A stretch of DNA of 38,315 nucleotides, from assembly GCA_040752395.1 (NCBI GenBank), contig JBFMHD010000002.1:1-38315 (forward strand), read 5' to 3'. The stretch comes from Candidatus Hydrogenedentota bacterium (GTDB taxonomy: Bacteria > JBFMHD01). The position numbers and the translations under genes were made by a program. The stretch's first letter is position 1; each line of letters begins with the position of its first letter. Positions 8,901-16,585 of this stretch are shown in pieces. The notes under the pieces are model-generated. The model did no database searches, was not told where the DNA came from, and saw nothing but the letters and a program-made list of their open reading frames with translations.

Positions 8901-9900
8901 AAGCTACCCGACCTCCTAAAACAGAAGGCTCAATTAAACCATTGAATTCCGGTACACATATCTGCCATGTAATCTCATCCGTGCTTAGCCCCTGCGGCGA
9001 CTTTCTCCATTCAGAAATAGTCCTCTGAATTCTTATGAGGTTAAGAACAGGGAGCCCTAATTTCATGAATTTCTCTCGTGTTTCCTCAGTAGCAGTAGCA
9101 GACATCTTAAAGCAAAGTCCACAGATGAGGTCAACAAGTAAATTACCCTCTCTATCAAAAAATAGGTCCTCAGGTTTAGAAGGATAGGCAAAGCCAGCAA
9201 CTACATTGATATTATTCTTTTCCAAAGAGAGAATTAGAGCACTTACTATCTTGCCTGTTTCTCCGGGATTGGCATAGGATGAATAATCAGCCACTCCGAC
9301 CCAGAAACCGTCTTTTTTATAGAGTTCTTGCTTTTTATACCAGGATAAATACTCATCAAAGGTGTCAAATATCCCGCCTGCCAGGGGATGAAAAAAACCT
9401 TTTTCAGGCAGTTTTGAGGGTTCTTCATAACTAACTTCAATATGACCGTCCCTGTGGAGAAGAAAGAGGAGAAGATTTTTTATATTCTTTTTACTGGCCA
9501 GCGAATAATAACCTTTTACTTTTTCATCAGAGATTATGTTTTTTGTTTCTCCATTCCTCTGCCGTACACCGTAGACCTTTGTCATTCTGAAATCTACGTT
9601 CTGTAAGACGTAATCGGCCAGTTCCCGATACATAATATCAACGATTAAAATCATGGACCGGCCAATAATCTCATGGTCAACCCTTCCAAGGTTCACATCC
9701 TCGTTGGTATATAAATAAAAATCATAATCTTCGGCTACTGTCCGGAGCTCTAATACCTCAGAGACAGCCTGTCTCACTTTATAAGACTCAGATCCGGCGA
9801 TGAGTAGTGTAATCTTTTTCTTTTCTTTAGCTATGGCTGGTAAAACTATAATTGTTAGAAACAAAAAGCAGAAAATAGCTCTTTTCCACACTAATGGCAT
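5968..9900 (-). CDS. CobN/Mg-chelatase-H-like protein (HmuS/BtuS type) with N-terminal signal peptide and C-terminal membrane anchor
   Basis: PEFNGLIEP, GKHGTHEWLPGK, EGIQAKRRG, PTGRNFY, GRPRIDV, SGLFRD, LNPKWIEGM and CCHHTCNN motifs; hydrophobic N-terminus ending A-I-A; C-terminal TM segment followed by RKR. Confidence 0.9.
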   Translation of the reverse strand: MPLVWKRAIFCFLFLTIIVLPAIAKEKKKITLLIAGSESYKVRQAVSEVLELRTVAEDYDFYLYTNEDVNLGRVDHEIIGRSMILIVDIMYRELADYVLQNVDFRMTKVYGVRQRNGETKNIISDEKVKGYYSLASKKNIKNLLLFLLHRDGHIEVSYEEPSKLPEKGFFHPLAGGIFDTFDEYLSWYKKQELYKKDGFWVGVADYSSYANPGETGKIVSALILSLEKNNINVVAGFAYPSKPEDLFFDREGNLLVDLICGLCFKMSATATEETREKFMKLGLPVLNLIRIQRTISEWRKSPQGLSTDEITWQICVPEFNGLIEPSVLGGRVALKDERTGKEFYEPRPIMENIEFIIKRIKTWRNLQTKPNKDKKIAIIYWNHTPGKQNVGASYLNVFRSLEVILKRMRDEGYSIEGELPSEEEIKELVLKSGRNISSWTPGELDDLLKSKRVIHWPVSDYLKFYCELDPDYRKKVEEQWGKPEDSKIMVKNNDFIIPCVPLGNVILLPQPARGWGDNPMKLYHDPNIYPHHQYTAFYLWLKHEFKADAIVSLGKHGTHEWLPGKQAGLSQSCPPEVLIQDLPNLYPYIVDNIGEGIQAKRRGRGVIIDHLIPALKKAGIYQEYRELAVLIDEYNDALSRDEKLAEEKFKRIVIMVKKLGLDKDLLLEKIDEDAIEKIEHYLIELQEVNVPYGLHTFGVSPQGEALEEISQLIKDRNENTPLSEIKEKLSLCHLELDKLVAGLEGKYIVSGEGNDPLRNPDAIPTGRNFYGFDPAKVPSKDAYTLGKKQAEEMIQKYLNENSKYPDKIGLIFWATEVHRNEGVQVGVALYLLGMKPIWDKNNRVRGVEPIPGELLGRPRIDVHLQTSGLFRDSFPNVMILLDEAVRQSAQIKDVENFIAKHSQKIKEYLIEKGYNEDKAEKLSYTRVFSEAQGAYMTKLQELVPHSGIWESDEELADVFIHNVSFAYGKNLWGDQLKNVYKKSLEDVKMTMHTNSSNVYGVIDNDDVFAYLGGLSLAVKSITGKYPDVVISDQKDSDTARIEDIERTIGEELRARYLNPKWIEGMTKEDYAGAREMDKFVEYLWGWQVVTPFAVDKTKWEQVYEVYIKDKYKLKIKEFFDKASPWAMQSIEARMLEAIRKDYWDAPDKIKKNLAVKYAISVIEKGLACCHHTCNNPLLNQMVVNIISIPGLLSPELVNQFKLVVSKTVGMNIEKAVEQRKALQERLGQTTKKIQQEEEVIKGKEQEKEIQQEEEVVKGKEQEKEKKIEGYEMIEEKKEDTKLVSSGAAWTVTIIVLGFLGLLIAGWLRKR
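6108..6206. repeat. 48-bp in-frame tandem duplication within the CobN-like gene
   Basis: IQQEEEV(I/V)KGKEQEKE occurs twice; the DNA units start at 6108 and 6156 and are nearly identical. Confidence 0.9.
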
Positions 9901-9915
9901 TAATCTTCGAGCTCC

Positions 9916-10179
9916 CTCCTCTGAAAAACGCTGTAACTCTAATAATTCGGGGTACAGGCTACGGGCTACGGACTACAGCCGGCTGGAGCCAAAAGCCAAA
10001 AGCCAGCTGAAAAGTCTTGAGTCTTGAGTCCTGTTTTGACTCACGACTCTCGACTCCCGACCCCTAACCCCTAACCGCCGCCCCCTAATATACCCCATCC
10101 CCTATGACCAATCCCCTAATATCCTTTGTGCCTCTTTTCCTCCCCTTTAAAGTGTCTCACGTTTCAGGGGAGCAGTATA
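9916..10179. mobile_element. MITE-like composite element (repeats F+B) with inverted termini
   Basis: Left end CTCCTCTGAAA, right end TTTCAGGGGAG(CAGTATA). The left part recurs at 38100-38239. The right 69 bp recur inverted at 17214-17282. Confidence 0.7.
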
Positions 10180-10204
10180 CCAACATATATTTTGTCTTTT
10201 GCTG

Positions 10205-10552
10205 TTAATCTTCCGGTACATAGATCATCCTCCCATCTTTTAGTTGATAAGCTATACCTATTCTTACTCCTTCTTCGCCACCTATCTTTTTATCCGTTAC
10301 CTTCTCAATCTTAACCTCTTTACCTTTTTTAGTAATAATCTCCATCTGGCCTTCTTCATTCTTCTTCATAATAGTAATCTCACTCTTTTCAGAAAAGAAA
10401 TCCATAACATGATAAACAGTCATTAATGCTAAAAATAGTCCAACAATAAAGACCAATCCTACATCAAAAAGGTTAGCCACGCCACTTAAAGGGTCATCAT
10501 CACTGCCAAGATCTCTGGAAGTAAATAAACGCCTTTTTCTAAGATATCTCAT
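10205..10552 (-). CDS. DUF2149 family protein (HmuV-like)
   Basis: DDPLSGVANLFD, MEII.KKGKE and GIAYQLKDGRMIYVPE motifs. Confidence 0.88.
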   Translation of the reverse strand: MRYLRKRRLFTSRDLGSDDDPLSGVANLFDVGLVFIVGLFLALMTVYHVMDFFSEKSEITIMKKNEEGQMEIITKKGKEVKIEKVTDKKIGGEEGVRIGIAYQLKDGRMIYVPED

Positions 10553-11175
10553 TTACTTTCCTCCTTTACCATCGCTTCAGTAATCAACTCAATATTTCTC
10601 ATATCCTCTTGTACCCACCTACTCTTTATGGTGGTAAAAAAGTAAGCTAATATACCTAATGCCAATCCCACTACCGTGGTAGTAAAGGCGATAATTAAAC
10701 TGGAGGTCAGCTGGGTAAGGTTACCTTGGCTTAAGGCAGCCAGTCCTGTCCCCATAGGAATTAGTGTACCCATAAGGCCAAGGCTCGGCCCGATACGGAC
10801 AACCAGCCTGGTGCGATCTACCTCTTTTGTTAATTTCATTTCCTTTTCTTGAATTAGGGCTTCCACCTTCTCCTGAAAAAAATCATCTTTGGTTTGTAAA
10901 AGGGAAGTAAGTTTTTCTGCATAGGTGCGAACTCGCATAGGTAGCTGCATCTTTACACTCTCTGGCAATTCTTTTTCTCTTTGAATCTGACTCAAATACT
11001 TAGTGATATCCACATTTTTCTTCAAGCGCAATCTATCTATCCATTCAGCAAAAAAACCTCCTGCAAAAATTACCATCCATGCAAATAAAATAATCAATAA
11101 CACCATCACTGGATAGAGAAGGCTGGAAGAGATACCATAAATAATCGTCTGCAATAAAGCTAATGGATTTACCAT
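10549..11175 (-). CDS. MotA/TolQ/ExbB proton channel family protein (HmuU-like)
   Basis: GPSLGLMGTLIPMG..L..L and AFTTTVVGL motifs. Confidence 0.9.
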   Translation of the reverse strand: MVNPLALLQTIIYGISSSLLYPVMVLLIILFAWMVIFAGGFFAEWIDRLRLKKNVDITKYLSQIQREKELPESVKMQLPMRVRTYAEKLTSLLQTKDDFFQEKVEALIQEKEMKLTKEVDRTRLVVRIGPSLGLMGTLIPMGTGLAALSQGNLTQLTSSLIIAFTTTVVGLALGILAYFFTTIKSRWVQEDMRNIELITEAMVKEESK

Positions 11176-11179
11176 AATC

Positions 11180-11926
11180 TCACTCCTTTGTTTTCAACAG
11201 GTTACGAAAAAAACCAATTCCAAAAAGAATGGTAACTGTAGCTAATATGGCCAAAAGTGACATTGAATCCTGCGTCCCTCCTTCTGCATTTCGGGAAGCT
11301 AAATTATAAACATCCAGAGTCTCCTGATAGATAGGGGCAATGATTATAGTAAGGAGGAAATAGGCAGCCACGATCAACATTGTAATCCCTATAAAAGAAC
11401 CTGTTGAATCTATTATTTTTCTGCGAAAGGGAATAGTAGTAAGCAGGGTCAGTAAAGAGATACCCAAAAATACTCCCAAAAGAATTCCTGTGGTAGCAGA
11501 CAGAGAGATGGAAAACAAGCTATAACCAAAAGAAAGAGTAAGCAAAATCGCGGTTGCGCAAACCGGGCATGGAAAGATGAGCAGAAACGAACCTCTATAG
11601 TCACAAATGTTCGACCCCTGAGGAGGCAGCAATAACCTCACACCCCACAGAATAAGTCCTGAAGCAATTAAAAGATGTATAAGCATACCGTAGCGAAGAG
11701 CCTCCAAAAACCGGTCCAGATAATTCAATAACTGAAAATGAGCTACTAAAATATAAAGACCTCCGAAAAGAAGAAGATAGATTGTAAAGATCCCTGAGAG
11801 AAACAGAGATTTTCTTCTGAGACTAAGATTCTTGTTGTAACATATTCCCGCTGCACCCAGACCAACCTTGATACCAAATATGGAAAGAGTAAAAAGTATT
11901 CCAGCAATCCAGAAAGGTCTAATCAT
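11180..11926 (-). CDS. DUF2162 family membrane protein (HmuT-like putative transporter)
   Basis: GILF...IFGIKVGLG and PCPVC motifs; multiple TM segments; context. Confidence 0.8.
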   Translation of the reverse strand: MIRPFWIAGILFTLSIFGIKVGLGAAGICYNKNLSLRRKSLFLSGIFTIYLLLFGGLYILVAHFQLLNYLDRFLEALRYGMLIHLLIASGLILWGVRLLLPPQGSNICDYRGSFLLIFPCPVCATAILLTLSFGYSLFSISLSATTGILLGVFLGISLLTLLTTIPFRRKIIDSTGSFIGITMLIVAAYFLLTIIIAPIYQETLDVYNLASRNAEGGTQDSMSLLAILATVTILFGIGFFRNLLKTKE

Positions 11927-11954
11927 AAAATCTCTCCTTTTTTAAAACTTTTCA

Positions 11955-13940
11955 TTAAAACTCATACCTCAAACCAAGAGAAAAGCTCCTTTCTGGCATA
12001 GGGAACCCTTTTACGTATGCATAATCCTTATCAAAGAGGTTCCGAATCTCACCTTTCATGCTCAAGGTTCCGCGTTTTTGAAATTCAAGAACCTTTTTAC
12101 TAACTGTTAAATTGGCAACCGAAAAACCTGCTTTCTTTATTTCAGGGTAGGGCCAACCGCTTTCGTAATCTGTTATTGTCTGCTCCCCGACATAAGCAAA
12201 TCTAAGAGCTGTAGAAAATCCCTTAAAATCAGGAACAGTAATCCCGTATGTAAGGTGAAGTTCAGAAATATATTGAAGGTCTTCGCCAGCCTCTTCATCC
12301 TTGAACTTTGTAAAATCGACAAAACCAAGATATGGTCTCACCTTAATCCGTCCAAAAAGGTCTCCTGTATAAGATAGATTACCTTCAAATCCTGCTATAG
12401 TTGCCTTACCTACATTTTCCCATGTCTTATCCCCGGCAGTGGTTGTTGTAGTCTGTATCTTATCTCTGTAGTCGGTATGAAAGTAAGTAAGGTCAACGTT
12501 AAAAGCACTATAACTTATGTCTATGCCCCCTTCGAATGTTTTACTTTTTTCAGGCTTAAGAGCCGGGTTCCCAACATAATGAGTGGACCAAGAAGTAAAG
12601 TCTGCTGCCAGTTGTTTGGGCGAGGGCATCTTGAATGCTTCTCCGTAGTTAGTCCTGAGTTTCAGAAAGTCACTCAGAAGATAAGCAATACCAATTCGGG
12701 GTGAGGTATGATGACCACTCTCCTTTCTTCCTTGACCTTTCTTTATTTCTACTTCATATTCATCATATCTAAACCCACCGGAAATGATAAATCTTTGGTC
12801 AAGAAGTTTCGTTTTAGCCAGAAGAAAATAAGCAGGATTCTCATGCTCTGATTCCTTTGGATCCCAGGTGGTTTCAATTTCGTAATCTACCCAGTCAAAG
12901 CCTGCTGTAAATGTTGAGTCTTTCCGGTGTAAAGAGACCTGTGCCTGTGCTCCTTTCTGATCTGTTTTCTGCTCTGATGGATTTCCATCATCCCTGCCAT
13001 CAGGATTACTTTCTTCAGGATCGACCCATTTATTCTTATCCTCACCATCAAAATATCTTAATTTCCAAGAATAAAGGTTGTCTTGGGTCCCTCCGTCATA
13101 AACAAGGTCAATGGACTCAATTTTCTTATCGGAGTAGTCGTCTAAATCGTTTTTGCTCATGTAACCTGGTGAACCTGCATGATTTGCATCAAAATAATGG
13201 TAAATGAGCCCAATACGATTTTCTGGTAAGAATTCATAACCAAGATTTAAACTGCTGTTTTGGTTTTTATCAATGCCCGTGTTATAGTATCTTTCACCAT
13301 CTCCAACATCGTAGTCATCCATGGTTTGCGATGTATAACTACCTGAGAAATCAAATCTCTTATTCTTCCCGGAAAATTCTATGCTTCCTTCCCTATGTTC
13401 AAAACTTCCGTACATACCTTCCAAAAATACCTCTGGTTTTCCCTCTCCCTGTTTGGTAATCACGTTTATGACACCGCCCATAGCCGCAGAACCGTATTGA
13501 ACTGAGGCAGGTCCTCTAATAATCTCAATCCTCTCAATATTTTTTGTCATAATCTTAGCAATATTTCCTGTTCCTGCCCTTCTGCCGTCAAGAAGAACAA
13601 GGACATAGCCCTCAAGATCGTTACCATGTGTTTCTGTTCTGAATCCGCGGATGCCAACAGAGGTCAAAGTGCCAGGGTATTTGTGTATATGACCTATACC
13701 TTTTTCTGCCAGTAGTTCACCTAAATCCCTGGCTGAAGAATGGCTAATCTCTGCCTCATCGATCACTGTGACATTGGCAATAACTTCTCTTTTGGGTTCT
13801 TTTTCCCTGGATGCAGTTACTACAATCATGCCTAATTCAGTAACCAGTTCCGTATCCTCCTGCGCAAACGCTTCTAAGGTAATTACTAAAAGGGCTATAG
13901 GAAATCCCAACCCAATATATTTTAACATTCTTTTAATCAT
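11955..13940 (-). CDS. TonB-dependent outer-membrane receptor (BtuB/HmuR-like)
   Basis: Signal peptide, TonB box IVVTASR, plug motif IERIEIIRGPASVQYG..AMGGVINVITK, NPALKPE, NLFDKDY, C-terminal YEF; SD AAGGAGG upstream. Confidence 0.92.
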   Translation of the reverse strand: MIKRMLKYIGLGFPIALLVITLEAFAQEDTELVTELGMIVVTASREKEPKREVIANVTVIDEAEISHSSARDLGELLAEKGIGHIHKYPGTLTSVGIRGFRTETHGNDLEGYVLVLLDGRRAGTGNIAKIMTKNIERIEIIRGPASVQYGSAAMGGVINVITKQGEGKPEVFLEGMYGSFEHREGSIEFSGKNKRFDFSGSYTSQTMDDYDVGDGERYYNTGIDKNQNSSLNLGYEFLPENRIGLIYHYFDANHAGSPGYMSKNDLDDYSDKKIESIDLVYDGGTQDNLYSWKLRYFDGEDKNKWVDPEESNPDGRDDGNPSEQKTDQKGAQAQVSLHRKDSTFTAGFDWVDYEIETTWDPKESEHENPAYFLLAKTKLLDQRFIISGGFRYDEYEVEIKKGQGRKESGHHTSPRIGIAYLLSDFLKLRTNYGEAFKMPSPKQLAADFTSWSTHYVGNPALKPEKSKTFEGGIDISYSAFNVDLTYFHTDYRDKIQTTTTTAGDKTWENVGKATIAGFEGNLSYTGDLFGRIKVRPYLGFVDFTKFKDEEAGEDLQYISELHLTYGITVPDFKGFSTALRFAYVGEQTITDYESGWPYPEIKKAGFSVANLTVSKKVLEFQKRGTLSMKGEIRNLFDKDYAYVKGFPMPERSFSLGLRYEF

Positions 13941-14125
13941 CGAGTAGATACCTCCTTTTTTTTGATTTCCTTTAAGCCCACAAAGCAGAAATACATTTTT
14001 TTATTTCTTGCAAAAATCTATTATAATTTTCTTTTGTCCATATATAATAAACAAATCTTTCTATAACTATAGCTAGCGCTATAACCGAACAAAAGAATAT
14101 AGGGTACATTACCCATGCACCTTTA

Positions 14126-14812
14126 TTAAGTAATCCTAACATCAGATCCCTTGTTTTTGATTCTCTTTATTAAATCTAAAAACCATTGTTTGTTCTTCAA
14201 CATCTTCTTTCCAATATCAAACTCTACGGGCTTATTAAAAATAGGACCATCATAAACAAAGGTGTGGTATTCGCCATTTTCGCCGCAGAGATCGACATTG
14301 TTCATAACTTTTAAATCTTTTATAAAAGCTTCATCTATTTTCCGACCCAACCACTCCTTACTCAAAAGATCAGCTCGGCAGGATACGACAATAGCCTTAA
14401 ACCCTGTTTGAATAAACTCTTTAAGTAGTTCTTCTCTTTTCCCATTCCACAATGGTAGTAAAGGTTTTATATCTATGTCCTTGCAAACCCTTTCTATCCA
14501 ATCTCGGTGTTCTTGCAGGTCAATATCTCCAAATACTCCTGCTTCAATATCTTCTTTTTTAAGATCAGAAATAGCTCTTTTGAACTCTCCTTCATAAGTC
14601 TTCCATGTGGTTTTTTTCTGGATAATCGGAATCCCGATGGATTCTGCCTGGAGTCTCATAAAGTCTACGCCAACACCATGAGAACGAGAATGTTTGCCAT
14701 CTTCAGAAATCATATTTAAAAGATAAGCGACTTCGAGATCCAGATTCTGCATCGTCTTATATAAAGCGAGGACGGTCTCTTTACCTCCACTCCAGCTACA
14801 AAATGCCTTCAT
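14126..14812 (-). CDS. Diphthine-ammonia-ligase-like PP-loop ATP-binding protein (Dph6/DUF71 family)
   Basis: SWSGGKET, SRSHG, VFGDIDL, PLW and D.CGENGEYHTFVYDGPIF motifs. Confidence 0.85.
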   Translation of the reverse strand: MKAFCSWSGGKETVLALYKTMQNLDLEVAYLLNMISEDGKHSRSHGVGVDFMRLQAESIGIPIIQKKTTWKTYEGEFKRAISDLKKEDIEAGVFGDIDLQEHRDWIERVCKDIDIKPLLPLWNGKREELLKEFIQTGFKAIVVSCRADLLSKEWLGRKIDEAFIKDLKVMNNVDLCGENGEYHTFVYDGPIFNKPVEFDIGKKMLKNKQWFLDLIKRIKNKGSDVRIT

Positions 14813-14813
14813 T

Positions 14814-15737
14814 TTACGGCCTCCAGTCTAATGTATATCCACATACCTTGCAGTGGAAACCTCTTAACTTTATTCCAGCTCCACAACCAGGACATGGTTT
14901 TTCATCACTACCTGGTTTTTGGATTTCTCCTACAACATCTTTGTATACCTTATAATAATAAAGATGTTCCTTATTTATAAACTTCATAGGATATCTATTC
15001 TCCTTAAACTCTTCGTCAGTTATTTTGCGAGAGATAATCTCTCGAATCTTACTCATCCCTGATCCAATTTCCAAAGCCCTTTTGTTTTGCCATATAATCT
15101 CCTTGGGCAAAATATCTTCAAAAGCCTTACGCAAAATCCATTTCCCCCAGATTTTTGTGTTCTCCCTTCTTAATTTGAGTTCCGGATTTATTGATAAAGC
15201 GAACTTAATAATTTCGTTGTTCAAAAAAGGTTGGACTACTCTTATCCCCAAAAAATTTCCTAAAATATTAGAGCTGAATCTCATATCTTGTGATATTTTT
15301 TTAATATAGCCTTCCATGTCATCTATCTTTTGCATAAAATTATAGCCAGCAAAAAGTTCATCAGCCCCATCGCCTGTCATCACCTCAGTTATTCCCAGCT
15401 CTTTCGCAAATTTTAATCCAAAATAAACAACAATATCATTGGGGATTGCTGGATCGAAGCTTTTAAGTATCCGTACCACTTCTGGAATTGCCTTTATAGC
15501 CTCATCGATATGTACGCTTCTATAAAAATATTCTATGTTAAGAAGATTCTTTACTAAATTGGAATACTTAATATCCTCACCATATGATTCCAGGCTTATA
15601 GTAATCGCTTTTGCGTCAGGATTAATCGCAGCTAAAATACTTGTATCCAGCCCGCCGGAGAAAAGTAAACCAGTAGTTGCGTTTAGCTTTATAACATCAA
15701 AAAGTCTTTTTTTCAGTTGTTCAGTAATGTCTTTCAT
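14814..15737 (-). CDS. Asparagine-synthase C-terminal (synthetase) domain protein with C-terminal Zn ribbon
   Basis: LLFSGGLDTS, TGDGADELFAGY, PFL and KWILRKAF motifs, CPGC...CKVC; no glutaminase domain. Start set at ATG 15737 because the track's extension runs through the terminator. Confidence 0.82.
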   Translation of the reverse strand: MKDITEQLKKRLFDVIKLNATTGLLFSGGLDTSILAAINPDAKAITISLESYGEDIKYSNLVKNLLNIEYFYRSVHIDEAIKAIPEVVRILKSFDPAIPNDIVVYFGLKFAKELGITEVMTGDGADELFAGYNFMQKIDDMEGYIKKISQDMRFSSNILGNFLGIRVVQPFLNNEIIKFALSINPELKLRRENTKIWGKWILRKAFEDILPKEIIWQNKRALEIGSGMSKIREIISRKITDEEFKENRYPMKFINKEHLYYYKVYKDVVGEIQKPGSDEKPCPGCGAGIKLRGFHCKVCGYTLDWRP

Positions 15738-15739
15738 AT

Positions 15740-15775
15740 AAAAAAAAAATCCCCAACCCAATTGGTTTGGGGATT
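15740..15775 (-). terminator. Intrinsic terminator, probable riboswitch attenuator
   Basis: Minus strand AATCCCCAA-ACCAATTGGG-TTGGGGATT hairpin running into a 10-T tract, between the aptamer and the first CDS. Confidence 0.85.
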
Positions 15776-15843
15776 CCCCTGTTTTTATCCAAAAACACAA
15801 ACCTTATCACCTTCTTCTTTACCATCGAAGATTATCGGTGAAT

Positions 15844-16027
15844 ATGCGTGGGCAGGTCTTCTGACTCCCGGGTCACTCTACTAACTACGCCTTCCCATCC
15901 ACTTTGTCTGCTTTTTGCAGAACAGTGAACAGTGGACTTGTGTAGCTTTCGTCTCCGGTTACAGCGGCGGGTCCGTAGCAAATGCACTTCCCTATTATAC
16001 CTTTAATGCCAAGGTCACCCATGCACA
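15844..16027 (-). promoter_or_regulatory. Cobalamin riboswitch
   Basis: Minus strand carries GGTG...AATAGGGAA...CCCGCCGCTGTAA...CCACTG...GGGAAGGC...GAGTCAGAAGACCTGCC (B12 box). P1 is TGCATGGG/CCCACGCA. It lies upstream of cobalamin genes. Confidence 0.93.
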
Positions 16028-16044
16028 ATATTTTATTTGATTGT

Positions 16045-16073
16045 AAAATAATAAATATTTTTTTCTTTGTCAA
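16045..16073 (-). promoter_or_regulatory. Sigma70 promoter of the B12 operon
   Basis: TTGACA (16073-16068), 17 nt spacer, TATTTT (16050-16045), just 5' of the riboswitch. Confidence 0.7.
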
Positions 16074-16165
16074 GCTAAATTATCAATCAAATACCACTCA
16101 GCCCGATTCCTCAAATGGATTTTAAAATCTGTTTCATTTTGTCTATTGCTTCAATAAAATCAGGT

Positions 16166-16585
16166 TTACGATATGTATTTCTTAATTTCTAATACAAAAG
16201 CGTCTATATCCTCTATATTGTCCTTAATCAAATTAAAAAGCAGAAGGTCGTCGCATTTCCAGTAACCGTGCAATAAATACTCGTTTCTTAATTTAACTAA
16301 AAACCTGAGTTTTTCTGATAAAACAAGGGTTAATATTCCATATGCCCCTGCTTTTGTTAAAGCGTCGTTGTAACTCTGTATTACAACTCGTTTTTCTTTT
16401 GCAAGTATGTGCTGTAAAATGTTTAACATGGATTCAACAATAATTATAATAGAATATTTTGTTGCCCGAATAACTTTTTGATCCTGTAAAAATTCTACGG
16501 CTTCTTTTAATATGACCTCTTCTAATAATTTCTTCTCCTCTTGTATTTTAGAAATAAATCTTGCGATAGTATATTTTTGAATCAT
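16166..16585 (-). CDS. HepT-like HEPN ribonuclease toxin (DUF86)
   Basis: LRNEYLLHGY (Rx5HxY) motif; size; overlaps the upstream MNT gene by 4 nt. Confidence 0.8.
   Translation of the reverse strand: MIQKYTIARFISKIQEEKKLLEEVILKEAVEFLQDQKVIRATKYSIIIIVESMLNILQHILAKEKRVVIQSYNDALTKAGAYGILTLVLSEKLRFLVKLRNEYLLHGYWKCDDLLLFNLIKDNIEDIDAFVLEIKKYIS

Noticed and set aside
5968-9900. Calling this the aerobic cobaltochelatase cobN
   Set aside because: Signal peptide, TM anchor, Hmu-like neighbours, no cobST in the window, and the operon already has CbiX with cbiD/cbiG
9800-10314. ORFs 9800-10027 and 10126-10314
   Set aside because: They are translations of the repeat element and antisense to real genes
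14100-14122. GTGCATGGGT 10-mer shared with the riboswitch 5' end, suggesting a second riboswitch before the TonB receptor
   Set aside because: No GGGAA, GCnACTG or B12 box follows; a chance match or unrecognisable remnant
15885-16073. 62-aa ORF
   Set aside because: It spans the promoter and riboswitch aptamer; its TTG start is the -35 box
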